64,000 bases of DNA from Lytechinus pictus (GCF_037042905.1 NC_087245.1:23252001-23316000); one strand, 5' to 3'; numbered from the stretch's first letter, positions 14,701 through 26,813 are shown. The notes: a model not told the origin generated them from the sequence alone. Program-made: numbers and translations.

Positions 14701-15012
14701 AGCTCCTTCCATTCCAACCACTTCCACCATATCACGGAATTGTGAAATCACCTTATCACTTGCGTGCACAAAAAATTGCACACGCTGGTACGGTACGTCA
14801 AGACTCCGAGTCCAAGTCGCAAATCAAATGGCGTTAGGCCATGCCATTTGATTTGCGACTTGGACTCGGAGTCTTGACGTTTGTCGTCCGGACGGACGTG
14901 GACCGTACCAAACAGAACTCACCTTTTGGTAAATGACATCTAAGAATTCAGTTTTACTGACATCAGTATAAACGGGCACGTCTTTTTTTATCCATTTTCC
15001 TTCGGATTCCAT
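5479..15012 (-). CDS. TYW5: tRNA wybutosine-synthesizing protein 5 (JmjC hydroxylase), 8 coding exons, ~320 aa
   Basis: Exons (minus): 15012-14923, 12828-12674, 12014-11945, 11472-11428, 10795-10658, 10217-10130, 9161-9045, 5738-5479; total 963 nt, all GT-AG, phases consistent. Contains TYW5-typical [27 protein letters not shown] (HxD), GDVLFIPALWFHNV (distal His), [14 protein letters not shown]. Confidence 0.96.
5918..8952 (+). mobile_element. Decayed Academ (XPG-type) DNA transposon in TYW5 intron 7
   Basis: ~390-bp diverged inverted repeats (~5918-6306 vs ~8530-8952) flank a frameshifted ORF with [72 protein letters not shown] and the XPG/H3TH-like [13 protein letters not shown]. Family assigned from recalled motifs. 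Confidence 0.75.
7840..8458. mobile_element. Tc1/mariner-type MITE nested in the Academ relic
   Basis: ta|CCGTAAGGGCACTA ... TAGTGCCCATACGG|ta; ~240-bp imperfect inverted arms; TA TSD. Confidence 0.75.
9045..9161 (-). CDS. TYW5: TYW5 coding exon 7
   Basis: [19 protein letters not shown]...[10 protein letters not shown]; gtag / gtgagt. Confidence 0.95.
10130..10217 (-). CDS. TYW5: TYW5 coding exon 6
   Basis: [29 protein letters not shown]; gaag / gtaacg. Confidence 0.95.
10658..10795 (-). CDS. TYW5: TYW5 coding exon 5
   Basis: [12 protein letters not shown]...[20 protein letters not shown]; acag / gtaagt. Confidence 0.96.
11428..11472 (-). CDS. TYW5: TYW5 coding exon 4
   Basis: [15 protein letters not shown]; acag / gtaaat. 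Confidence 0.95.
11945..12014 (-). CDS. TYW5: TYW5 coding exon 3
   Basis: [23 protein letters not shown]; ccag / gtatga. Confidence 0.92.
12674..12828 (-). CDS. TYW5: TYW5 coding exon 2
   Basis: [23 protein letters not shown]...KIHV...[10 protein letters not shown]; acceptor aaacag, donor gtaatg. Confidence 0.95.
12993..13263. mobile_element. PIF/Harbinger-type MITE
   Basis: TIR GGCCCCGTCTTACAAAGAGTT, CTG duplicated on both sides. Confidence 0.85.
13290..13460. repeat. Degenerate (TCA)n microsatellite
   Basis: Runs of tcatcatca. Confidence 0.8.
14795..14880. repeat. Perfect 38-bp inverted repeat with a 10-nt loop
   Basis: ACGTCAAGACTCCGAGTCCAAGTCGCAAATCAAATGGC (14795-14832) and its exact reverse complement (14843-14880). 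Confidence 0.95.
14923..15012 (-). CDS. TYW5: TYW5 coding exon 1
   Basis: [30 protein letters not shown], donor AAG|gtgagt. Confidence 0.88.
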
Positions 15013-15277
15013 TACTTTTTTTTGTTTTTAATCTACTCAGCTCGCACAGTTTAGGATATATGGAAAGCGGTGTGTGTAGTTCTCAAATAGGGGGGGGGGG
15101 GTAGGCCTAGCTACTTATGGATTTTATCTTTCATTAATTTTGTTGCAATATGCATGCTGACCGGGATGATGGCCTAAACATGTGTTGGTTATCACTATTA
15201 TTTATTATTAATGAATTGATTTTTTATAGATTATTTCATTCTCCAGTTAGCTACAAATACAATGATGAGGTTCTGCA

Positions 15278-15580
15278 ATTTGAAACCCTTGCATGGCCCC
15301 GCGGTCATCCTTAATATAGCCCATAAAAAAAAATAAAAAAATAAATCCAAAGCTTCAAAATACATATTCTGCACACTGGAAGGGGCCGTGGGTAAATTCT
15401 TAAAACTTTTAGAGATGAGGTTGAAATATCAAATTTGAAATCCTTGGCCCCGCGGTCATCCTTTGCAATTAAGCCCATAAAATAAAAAAAATCCAGCCGC
15501 AATCAATTAAAGCTTCCGCAAAATACATACTCTTCACACTGGAGGGGGGGGGGGGGAGGCGTGGGTAAATATCATTCTTA
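15278..15580. repeat. ~150-bp tandem duplication upstream of TYW5
   Basis: Two copies of tttgaaa..ggccccgcggtcatcctt..agcccataaaa..cacactgga..cgtgggtaaat. Confidence 0.75.
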
Positions 15581-15816
15581 AAAATTCTTTTAAAAAATAA
15601 AGGAAATCGATATGCAACTGAAAGTTAGAGAAATATAGGCCTATAAAATATTCCCGATCCCCATGCATGCATGCTCGATAACAAAAAGGGCAAGGCTCAC
15701 TTTGTTTCAAGGCTTGCTTTCAGTTTCTCTGTATTGATTCTTTGCCGTGTTGTTTGTTATCTCAGGATGATAAAGTGTTTTACATCATAGGCCTACTTGA
15801 GTTAAAATAAAAGCCA

Positions 15817-17137
15817 CCGGGGGGCTGTTTGATGTACACATGCGTGACAAAAAAAAAACGTTTAAAGGTGTTTTTTTTCCAGTTTTGGACGAGGGCCGCG
15901 CGTGCACTCTTTAATGGTATCAAAAACACCGATTTTCAACCCCCCAAAAAAGTGGTTTTGAAAGACTGGTCAATCATTATGGTGGGGTCACTGTATTTAT
16001 GGTATGTTTTTCCCCCCAAGCTTTTTCCCCGGAATTTCGTTTCTGTCTTAGTGTTCGGGTTCTTCCCGATCGTGGTATTTTATAATTTTAACCTATAACT
16101 GCACTGAGGGGCATGCAATACCCATGAATATATGAAGAGCTCACTTGCAAAAGGGGTTAGGTCCATTTTTCATCAAATTTGATTTTTATGTCTCAATGTA
16201 TAGATTTTAAGTAGCTCTATAAGATGATACCAAAGAAAAGTTGAAATTCCTATTAAAAAGTGAACTCAAATGGCAAAGAAAAATCACTTTTTTTCAAAAG
16301 GGGTTAGGTCCATTTCAGTTTAGTTGCAAAAGGGTTTAGGTCCACACATAATTTTTTTGGAAAAGAATATTTTTTAAAATATGAAGACAGGTACTAGATA
16401 TCTCTTATACCAAATTTTATGTTCTCATGGTAGGGTATCATGAAAATTCATTAAAAACATAATTTTCTTGCAGTGGACCTAACCCCTTTTGCAACTAAAC
16501 TCTTCTGAATAACTCATTTGTCAAAAGGGGTTAGGTCCATATTTCATAAATTTTATTGTTTTCTGTCTCTAAACCTCTAAATTTTTAGTCACTCTGATGA
16601 TACCAAAGAAAATTTGAAATTCAAATGAAAACGTGAATGAAAGTGGCAGACAAATCACCTTTTCAATCAAAAGAGATTATATTTATTTCAGTTTGTTTGC
16701 AAAAGGGGTTAGGTCCACAATGACAATAAAAAAATATATATATAGAAAAAAATTGAAGACAGGTAGATTTCTTTTATACCCAATTTTATGTTCACATGAT
16801 AGGGTATATAGTACATCATGGCAATTTAGTTTTCTCATAAGAATATTGCAATAAGTGAGAATAAAAAACATGGTTTTTCTTGGAATGGTCCAAAGTGGAC
16901 CAAACCCCTTTTGCAACTAAACTCTTCATATAGCTCTAGCTAATATTGATAACAATAAGCTGTAAACAAAAATTGTTTATGGGTCATAATTATTCTGGCG
17001 ACAACTTGTTTACGCCCAAAATGAGTAAATGAAGCCCGCGAAAATCTTGTATAGGGGGTTATTTTGCACACAGAGAAAAATTGGTCACGCATGTGTACGT
17101 CAATACTTTCGGACTGCCCCCCCCCCCCTCCTCCGGG
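15817..17137. mobile_element. Non-autonomous TIR element with poly-G termini
   Basis: ccgggggg...tacacatgcgtgac at the left and gtcacgcatgtgtac...cccccc..ccggg at the right; carries a nested MITE. Confidence 0.55.
16134..16927. mobile_element. MITE with 4-bp ATAT TSD (possibly Sola-type)
   Basis: atat|GAAGAG...TTGCAAAAGGGGTTAGGTCCA ... TGGACC..CCCCTTTTGCAACTAAACTCTTC|atat; many internal copies of aaaaggggttaggtcca. Confidence 0.8.
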
Positions 17138-17568
17138 TTAAAAGCAAAGTTTTATGATGAAGCTTTAGATTGTGACTTCATATATGCAAGCACTGAGCTT
17201 CGATCCCATATGCAATATAAAATATGCAAATTCCAATTTATGATGGAATATGATGGAAAATATTTTCCTCAGCAGGCTAACTTAATAAATTGTGTTGAGT
17301 TGGATATCCACACACGCTCACAATAAATTAAAATCGCTTTCAAATTTTTGAGAAAATGTGATTTTCAGGAATTTCAGATGGAGGAATTTTGTCTGTGACG
17401 TTACAATTAATAATCTTTGCAAAATAACTCTGTATTATTATGGCAGATCGATTTCCATACATGATATAGTACGTTAGGCCCGGATCGACGTTATAGGCTA
17501 AAAAAGATCACCATGTTCACTCTCCTCTATTATATATACGGTACTTCCACCCGGGGGGGGGGGGGCAG

Positions 17569-19222
17569 TCTTCTTCTTCTTCTTCCTATATAAGTACATA
17601 CCACCTGTGGTGTATTGTCGTACTGTATTGTGGACTTGAATGCTGAGTGCTGAGTATCCACCGTTGAAGTTGTGGTAAAAAAAGCCAACATATATATAAT
17701 ATTTACATATTTACAAACAAATTCAGACTAACATAGTCTGACATGTTGCACCTCACTCTTGAATATGTTTGCTGAGGTGCTGTCTACGACGTCCTGAGGT
17801 AGGGAATTCCATAACCTGGCAGTGGCAGGAAAGAAGGAATTTTTGTAACATTCCGTATTTGCAAATGGAATCATGAGTTTTTGAGAATGACCTCGGGATT
17901 TGAAGGATGAGTGTTTCAGTTGTTGCTTGACGTCTACAAGATTATTAATGATGCGATACATTAGTAGAGTCTTGGCTTGGGCCCTACGCTCTTGAAGGGT
18001 TTGCCACTATAGTTGTCGAAGCATAGCAGAAATGCTGCTTGTAGTTCGGTAGTCGTGACAAACATAGCGTGCGTACCTGTGTTGTATCATTTCCAGATTT
18101 CTGATTTTTGACTGTGTGAATGGGTCCCAGATCTCAGATGCATACTCCATTATTGGCCTCAGGAGCATCTTGTAACAAATGACCTTAGTGTTTCTTGGAC
18201 AGCTTGTGAGATTTCAATAACAACTCGTTGACTGCGTTGAGACAAAAAGTCAGCAAGCCAAAGATGTACTTCATCCCTTATACCATAGTATCCAACCTTA
18301 CAGCAGTCTTTGATGTGGAACTTTGTCAAACGCCTAATTGGAAAAATCTAACAAGATTGCATCAGTTTGTCCTCTCCTGTCGATTGTTGAAGCAAGATCA
18401 TCAACAAATTTAACTAACTGTGTTACACAGGATCTCCTTTTCCGGAAGCCATGTTGGGCATCAGATAGTGTATGATGCAAGTCCAGGTGTTTCATGATGC
18501 TGCTACACACAATATGTTCTAAGGTTTTGCATACTATCGCGAAGTGAGTGATACAGGTCTGTAGTTCTCTGGCAGCGATCTATCACCCTTCTTAAAGACT
18601 GGGACAATGTTTCCTTTCTTCCAATCTTCAGGAATGGTACCTTGATTAAGGGACGCCTGATAGAAGTGAACAAAGATTGGTGTTAACTCAAGTGCAAGTT
18701 CTTTCAAGAGCCGCGCTGGAATCATGTCAGGTCCAGAAGCTTTGTGTGGGTTCAAATCGTGTAGGAGCTTGTAAACCGGCCCCTGCTGGTGACAGATCAA
18801 TGGGTTCCATACTCTTGTAAGGACTGGGACCTTTCTGTGGTATGCTGGTGATGTCTTCGTTTCCATTGAAAACTGAAGAAAATTGTTTATTGAGAAGACT
18901 AGCTTTAGTAGAACTGTCAGACACCATTCCGCGTTGTTTGGAGAAAATAAAGTGGAGACACCATTGTTGTCGCACTTCTTGCTGTTGATGAAACTCCAAA
19001 ATCTTTTTGGATTTGAGGAGCATTCTGGGCTGACAATGTTGGTAATGTAGTCACTGTATGCTACTTTACAAGCCTGCTTGCACTCTTTTTGGAGTTGCTT
19101 GTATCGCAAAAAATCATGGTTGTTCTTTGTCATTCTCGCTTTCTTGTAACTCCGTTTCTTCCTTCTTGACAACCTCTTGATATTTGAGTTAATCCAGGGT
19201 TGGCTGTATCTGGTCGAATGTA
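17569..19222 (-). mobile_element. 5'-truncated, internally deleted non-LTR retrotransposon (RTEX/CR1/L2-like ORF2)
   Basis: NPKRFWSFI, KASGPDMIPARLLKE, WKKGNIVPVFKKGDRSLPENYRPVSLTS, LDF..AFDKVPH, RPIMEYASEIWDP, SFFPATARLWNSLP; stops and frameshifts; (GAA)n 3' tail at ~17570-17585; the central RT segment is missing at ~18213. Confidence 0.9.
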
Positions 19223-20374
19223 TCGCTGTATATACACATGCGTGACCAAATTGTTTCCAAACACAAACGAGTTTTTCTCTGCATGTGCAAAATAACCCCC
19301 TAAACTGATATGAACAAGTTTTTTGCGGGCTTCATTTACACATTTTGGCCCCTAACTTGTTGTCGCCAGATTATGACCCCTAAGCAAGTTCTGTCTCGGG
19401 TCCGAACACTTTCCAGAAACGAGGAGGAAATAGCTCCAGAGAAAAAGCATGCGACGGTGGAAAAAAAACACTCTAAGCACGTTTGATGAGTCTTTAAAAA
19501 AATACTCAGTGCAAAAAAAAAAAAAAAAAAAAAAAAAAACTAAATACGTTTGACCCCGCGATTGACTATTGACTAGTCTTTCAAAACCACCTTTAAGAAA
19601 AAATGTGTTATTTATACCAAATGCGAATGAAGTTTATTATCATTATTATTATCATTTTTACTATTTTTTACTTTTAGCACGTTTGGCCGGGTATCGAGAT
19701 CTCTTGTTCTGCCTTTTTTATATGTTTATCATGTTTATGTTTATTTTTTTTACATGGTTATCATATCAATCTAGTGTAAATATTGTGTTTCTTGGTGATT
19801 TATAATAAAAAAATATAAATAAAATGATACTCCTTTAATTGGATTAGATCGCTATAAAAAAAATGGGGAATAAGAGAAAAGAAAACAACAAATCCAACAA
19901 TAAAATAAACTAGCGTTCCATAACAACCCCAAATTCGAGGTGAGTAGTGGTGATGTGAAAAAACTGGACAGCTGAACAGGCGAACGTCAAAATCTCATAT
20001 TAAGAGTCAGTAAGGTTCGTAAACTGCTTTAATTTTAAATTAAGAGTGACTTTTAAAACTCTAAATATAGACCCACGGCATATTTTGTACAACGTGTGCG
20101 TATTACACGCCAAATAGAGCAATTGGGAAAATGTGAAACTTCGGCCGCCCGGAGCCGGAGGCTCGGGAGTCGGGGGGGGGTCCGGCTGAGCTGAGTGAGG
20201 AGATACGAGAACTGACTGCGCTCTGGTCGGGTATATCAGGCATGTTTGTTTGCCAGTGACCGCTGACGGGACCTAGGACTTTGGCCGTTTCTCAACACCG
20301 TCATACCCGGGGGCAGGCTTGGTGACCAGATTTCACATAACTTGTATTTTTTGTGAAAAAAAAATATATAGACT

Positions 20375-20760
20375 ATAAAGTATAATAAAGAAAAAGAAGG
20401 GAGAATGAACAAAAGAATGAAGGAGAGAAAGAAAAGAGGTAAGAACTAGGAAAAGAAAAGAGATGAATTGAGAGGAAAGAAAGAAAAAAATAGGGCCAAT
20501 ATACTAGGGGAAATACTGTATACTGTAAAGAAAATGAAGGATAAAAAAGAAACAAAAATAAAATTAAAAGAAAGAGAGTTAGAATAAAAGAAGGATGAAA
20601 GAAAGAATAAAAAAGAAAGAAAAAAGGTTTCTGTCATTCTTTGAAATGAATAAAGAAAGGAAGGGGAGATGAATGAATGTGTGAAAGAAAAAATGAAGGA
20701 GAGAAAGGAAAAAAAAGTAAGAAAAAAGGGGGAAGAAAGAAAGAATGAAGGAAAGAATGT
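20375..20760. repeat. GA-rich low-complexity tract
   Basis: Nearly pure purine on the + strand; produces spurious F/L/S ORFs. Confidence 0.85.
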
Positions 20761-21242
20761 TTCCTGAGCTGGGCCTAGACCAAAAGCTTTGGTCTCTGTT
20801 ATGTTGGTTGTTCAGCTGAACTCCGTTGGCTCCAAAGCATAGCATTTTCTTATCGAGAAAAAAAGAAGAAAGAAATCCGCTCCAAAGCTTCGCATATTTT
20901 TTGTTACGCCGTTCCGGTCGCATTGATCTGCTACAATAACTGCAATTTTGGTGAAAAGCAGAGCGCTGTCCGATCATCGCCTCTGCGCGAGCGCACTCGG
21001 CGGTACAGCCGCCGGGCTAGCTGCATCATGCACGCATGCCCGTTCCATAGGGATGCATACGCACTCACACGCTGGCGATCCGTTCCAAGGACCCCCGTTT
21101 TTACAAACATTTGTAGTTCCGAAGCCCGTTCCGAGGACCCTCCTTTTTACAATAAGCCCGCTCCAAGGCCCCCGTTTTTTGTCTCGCCCGCGGCACACCC
21201 CTACCACTTTTTTTAGTCGAGTGCCCCCCCCCCCCCCGGGGC

Positions 21243-22186
21243 GTTATGTATGGGACAATTATAAAAACTCATAGAAAATCAAAACAAAACTTGTGAGATT
21301 TAGTCATAGGTGGGACATGGACCCCCTAACATCTTATTACTTTGGGAGGAAAAAGTCATGTCATCTAATTAAATATGCAAATTAGGTCTTGTCCAAGGAT
21401 GGAATGTCCCATACGTTACTTTAAAAAAAAGTTATTTCTCAGAATACAATACTTGTATTTCAAGAGTGCTCTCAAAAGTGATTTATTTACTTTTTCTTTA
21501 GTTTCTAAAGACTGATTTGTTATAAATACTGATTAATGACAACAATTGAAGCAAAATAAAATGGTGAAAATTGAAAAATATGAAAAAATTAAAAACAATA
21601 GAAATACATAAAAAAATTAATGAAACCATGAATAGCAAGAAGTAAGATTGTTGAAATGTCTAATTTCCTTTTCAGTCATATCAAATATGTCTCAATAGAA
21701 CATTTTAAAAGAAAAAAAAAACTCTGTTATTTCCATAGATTAAATTATTGTTTAATTTTTAAAATTATGGGGAACACTGTATATTCTCTATGGGGACAAA
21801 ATGTCCCATACATAACTGTCCCATATGTAACATGTCAATAATTTGTTTAATTAGAGTCTGTAATTAGAGGGTTTTTGCTTATGACATGAAACTTGCCTTA
21901 GATATACTAGAGTGTTGTGACTTTTACCACACTAAATTACAAGTTGTCAAATGAAATACTTTCAGAGAATTTTTAACTTGAAAAAATGTTTAGAAAATTG
22001 TATTTTTTCTGCGCCCCATCCGTAACAAATCTTTTGTCTCTGGAGCAGGTCGAGGTCGTATGTCACCGTTTTTTGGGCATGGTTATTCTTCTAGATATCT
22101 ACCATCATGAGGGTATTCAATCTAATCAAAATCATTTAACACTATTTTTCAGGTCATTTAATTCTCTGAAATGTCCCATACGTAAC
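21243..22186. mobile_element. Non-autonomous TIR element
   Basis: GTTATGTATGGGACA ... TGTCCCATACGTAAC with internal copies of the tgtcccata motif. Confidence 0.65.
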
Positions 22187-22223
22187 ATGCACAAATTCTT
22201 GGACTTGCCCTCCTTCATTCTTT

Positions 22224-22710
22224 GAAAGAAACAAAGAAAGAAGAATATAGGAAGGGAGGGAGGGACGAAGGAAAGAAGGACGGACGGGGAAGGAAAGAAG
22301 GACTGACGGGGAAGGACAGACGGAAGGAAGGAAGGAAGGGGAAATAGAGAATAAGGGATAAGGGAAAAGAATTAGAAGGAAAAAAAATTGAAAGAAAGGA
22401 TGAAAGAGAGGGAAGAAAGAATGAAGGGAGGAGAGAATGAAAAAAGAAAGAAAATAATAGAAGGAGAAAAAGAACAAAAAGGAGAGGAAGGAAAGAAAGA
22501 ATGAAGGAAATGAAAAAGGAAATAAAAAAAGGAAAATAAGAGAAAAAGGAAAGAAAGATAAATGAACAGAGAGAGAGAAAGGATCAAGAAAGAAAGCTAC
22601 AGCCTGTAGGAAAGATTGGAAATCAAGAAAGATGGAACAAAAAAAAGCAAGCAGGAAGGATAGAAGGGAAAAGAAAGAAGGATAGAAAAGAAAAGAAAGG
22701 CAAAGGCGAA
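22224..22710. repeat. GA-rich low-complexity tract
   Basis: (GGAA/GAAA)-like purine run. Confidence 0.85.
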
Positions 22711-23465
22711 TTGGGCTATACAAAGAATGGTCCTTGGAAAGACACCTCCAGAGACCTGACATGTCCTACATAGGCATGATCTTCTTTGCACACTGCCCGC
22801 CCCCGTCGGCATTGAGAGAAAATGCATTTACGGCAAGCCACACACATATCACCTTTAAACATTTTTTGGGGGTCATTCAATTGCACTCTGAGTCTGATGC
22901 ATTATCTGGGATGGTGGCAAGTTATTTTTATATGGGGGCTGTCATCAATTTCAGGTCGTCTTGCACGGCAAGACGACCCAAAACGGATGTCATTTTGACT
23001 TCTCCGGGGTAATCTAGGCCCAAATAATTTTCTTTGATATGTTTTCTTTTATTTTCTTACATTTTCTCCCTCTTTTCCCTACCCCTTTCCCATTTTTTTT
23101 TCAACAAATCTTCGAACATCGAAATGGGCGGCAATCTCTCTGACCCCTCATGCTTTATCATTACATAAACATAAAAACAAATAAAAAAAAAAGAAATTAT
23201 TCAGCCAAAAAAACAAAACAAAAAACAAGCATGATACAAAACTATAAAGATGTTACTAAACATGCTAAATCAATTATCGTCCCAAAATCAGCAGTTGAGC
23301 TTCCAGGTCTACTTGTCAGCTTCCTTCATCATCATACTTCAAGTTTAAAAGGAGGCAGTGGGGTAAGTACACTGTACTGAAGTAGACTGATATTATAAAT
23401 CCGCTGTTTAATAGGAGTTTTTCAACATTTTCAGATTTTTTGTCCTAACATTACACAGAGGTATG

Positions 23466-23978
23466 ATGGCCATTGGGCTCATAGTGGTGGAGCTCCACCG
23501 ACACCTTAACTATATATGTTGACGGGGGAAAAAGGAAGAAATTATAAAGATAAATATATATTAAATACAATCAGCTTACCACAAATATGCTGGAAAATAG
23601 CGAATTTTGATGAAAAACAGATAAAGATCAGCCAGGATCTTCTTCGATCTCTCCATCGCCGTCAGCGCAGCTGCAGCTGAGCGTGGGAACATGCCAGCCA
23701 ATCCGCTGGTACAGTGATCGAGCGATCAAAGAAGAACCTGGCTGATCCTGATCTCTTTGTCATCAAAATTCGGCATTTCCAGCATATTTTTCGGAAAGGT
23801 GGTAAGCTGATTCATTTTTGTATTTGACATAAATTTATCTTTATAATTTCTTCCTTTTTCCCCATCAAAAAGCAAAACTTAGGAGTAATCAAGGAGGGTG
23901 CAAAATTGCACCCTTTTCTCCATATATGCTGTAGTTAAAACATCGATGGAGCTCTACCACTACGAGCCCAATGTCCGT
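23466..23978. mobile_element. ~510-bp fold-back (palindromic) MITE
   Basis: cattgggctcatagtggtggagctcca / tggagctctaccactacgagcccaatg; aaaaaggaagaaattataaagataaat / atttatctttataatttcttcctttt; centre near gcagctgcagctg (~23675). Confidence 0.75.
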
Positions 23979-24999
23979 ATTGACCAAGGGGATGCTGCGG
24001 ACGAAGTCTCAGCAGAGCATATCCCTGACAGAAATATATTTATCGGTCTATGAGGCAAGTAGCCCTGGAGGACTCTGTGATGATATTTTCTATGATTTTG
24101 ATATTGTCATTACAATGATAACATCACGGAGCCTAGACACGCATATGGGATTATGCCGAACTAAAGCGAACTTTGTACGCAAGGAGGGAATTCCCTTCAT
24201 ATTTAACATTGCAACTGCCGATTGCATTTTAAACAAAAATTGTATTTAATGACATACATTAAATACACCTTATGCGTATAAAGGTATAAACATATTGCAC
24301 AACAAATCAAAAAAATGAGAGGTTTCTTACCAGACCTATTTCGTGTATCCATTTGTAAAGACTGCAAATACAATAGGCTTGACCCTTGAACCGCTTCGTT
24401 ATGACGTAGCTTCGATGAGCGATGTTACAAAATGCTGTTTTGAATAACGATATAGATAGAAATTATTATTCAACAAATAATAACATTTCAATTTTGGTTG
24501 TAAATAATAAAGAATTTTCTTAAATTTTATTATATCTTGTCTTGTCCTGTCAGTTCAGTTAAGCTGGCTTATGCAGGGGAATATGCCGAGTTTATAAATA
24601 TTAAGAATAAAAAGAAATCAAGGCAGAACATAATAAAAGTGAACAATATGACTATATCAAGCCAAGAGTCTAGCATTAAGTAGCAGTAAGGTTAGAGTAA
24701 CTGTGGCATAGCAATATTCTGAGTGAGTGATGATATGAAAAAGAGGAAAGCGTTGTAATCTTATACATGAATACTCTAAGCCCGAAGGGGGGGGTGATCG
24801 GTTGAACCGTATCTCCTCCCAGGATCCGCCACGCCTGGGCTTTAAAATCGCACCGCATGTTGGGCCTTCCACTCTTCACGGACTCGCCACACTCGCAGCC
24901 CATGACGACATCGCACAACGAAGTCGTCGTCCGATTCTTCCAACGAAAATCGCTGTAGACACGCGTGTTGTAGCCCGACATTCAACCATTACAGACGAC

Positions 25000-25207
25000 A
25001 GACGCGTCACGTGGGTCGTCTCGCTCCGAACGCCACGTTCTGATTGGTCAGCACGGCCGGGTACGTGATATGATTTCGGTATTGGCGTGGGGCTCTTTTG
25101 ATCGTGAAAAAGAGGAGTTTGATGTACGTGTTTACTGATGTGAACAAGTAACGTGTACACTTACGGAGAGGTTGCTAAGCAAGAAGTAAGAAGATGTAAA
25201 AAGTAAG
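25000..25207 (+). promoter_or_regulatory. Putative AP4B1 promoter and non-coding exon 1
   Basis: CpG-rich stretch (~24870-25100) with E-box GTCACGTG (25006-25013), two inverted CCAAT boxes (ATTGG at 25043 and 25081) and GGCGTGGG; strong donor AAG|GTAAGA at 25207/25208 upstream of the 30026 acceptor. Confidence 0.6.
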
Positions 25208-25571
25208 GTAAGATTGCATTTTATTTTATTGAAAATATGGCAGTCAACTTCATTGAATTTGCACAGAAATGTACAGTTGACGAGAGCGGTACGTATAAGT
25301 TAGATCTACCGCTCCATACACTGTGTCAGTGTGACACTCGCTAAAAAAAAAACATGGCGAGATCTTTGATTTGAATTATGTGTAGAATTTAAAGTGAACG
25401 TGAAATGAGATTTTGGCATTCTGTCACAACTGAAATGCACTTTCGCACTGGGCGATATTCGCCAATTAATTTTGGCACAATACAATGATTTTATTCCCAA
25501 ATGTCTAATCAATCCATAACCTCAATTTCAGCCGTGCTCGACGCCTTCGTTTGAATTCTCAGTTGGACTTC

Positions 25572-25724
25572 GCCGTAGTTGCGATATGGACTAAAGTTAG
25601 CGATCATAATAATGTGAACCTGCCTCGCGAAGGATGGGGCAGTTTGTGCCGCGCCGCCTGTGTGTCCGCGCGGCAGGTTCACATCTTTATGACCGCTAAC
25701 TTCAGTCCATATCGCAACTACGGC
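25572..25724. mobile_element. 153-bp hairpin MITE
   Basis: ~55-bp near-perfect TIR GCCGTAGTTGCGATATGGACT..., flanked by ttc on both sides. Confidence 0.8.
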
Positions 25725-26771
25725 TTCTTTAATTGTTTTTTCCCCATTGCTTTCATACTTTTTTCTTTTTCTGTTTATTTTACATTTTTCCCCTTTGACT
25801 CCTTTCACTTTGTTCTTTCTTTTTTCCCTTTTATTTATCCTTTGTTTACCTTTCACTTCTTCTTTCTTTTCTTTCGTCCTTCCTTTTCTTTATACTTCCT
25901 TATTATTTTCTTTCTTTAATCCTTTTTTTTTTATGATAAAGGGGACAAAAAAATAATAATAAATAAAAAAAAATAAACTTGCGTCTTTTTAAAATGTTTT
26001 CTTCCTTCTTTACTTTTTGGGACCAATAGAAATAAAAAAACAGTAAAAAAATAAAAAATAAAAGGCGGGGGCGATAAAATGAATATCAGCTAATGCAATG
26101 AAATACGTTGAACAAGTAAATAAAAGGGTTAATGTAAATCCTCCAAAACCAAATACTTTAAACTTCCCTTTTTATAGTTAAAATGAGGAGCAATATTTTT
26201 AAACCCTACTTTAACTAAATATCATATTCGTCCAACTTCAATATCATTTGAATTCTCTTATCTGTAATACTTTTATTAACCAAAATCCTAAACTCTTTAT
26301 CACTTTTTATTTCTCACTATTACCTTTAATCAATCATATATTTTTCAAAACAAATTACGACTTCAAATAAAAACCTAACTTTCACATTCCTTTCAAACCA
26401 CAACCACAACCTTCTCTTAAAAAATTCAAATGTTTATTTCTTTCCCTATCTTGAATAAACTTGTCAATTTACAACAAATTCTATTTAACTTAATCACACC
26501 CCCAAAACCCGTGGAATTTCCACGGGCTCTGCTAGTAAGAAAATAATACTAGTTCCTCTACACCAAAACAACATAATAAAAGAAATTGGCTAGACCTATT
26601 ATTCTTGCTAAGCAAGATGCAACATGTAGGCCTAATAATCATCAGTAATACTACTAAAAAATCATGCCCCAAAGAAAAGCGAAATAAGAATACAAGAGCT
26701 AGTGTATTTGGTTTCACGGTACACCATGTATCTTTCTTGGGCAAGTGTTGGTCCTGAAAAGGACCACCCAA

Positions 26772-26813
26772 TCTCGACTTTTCGACAAGTGTGTTCTTGT
26801 CGTCTTCAGGAGA
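26772..26813 (-). ncRNA. Second (inverted) copy of the hammerhead motif
   Basis: Reverse complement reads UCUC CUGAAGA C GACAAG aacaca CUUGUC GAAA A GUC GAGA. Confidence 0.7.

Noticed and set aside
16134..16927. Repeated aaaaggggttaggtcca motif resembling a CRISPR array
   Set aside because: Spacing and orientation are irregular, the spacers are homologous, and the context is a eukaryotic MITE with TIR and TSD.
24676..25160. Overlapping 88-101 aa ORFs at the CpG-rich region
   Set aside because: Expected in GC-rich promoter DNA; they run into a repeat end and have no recognisable family.
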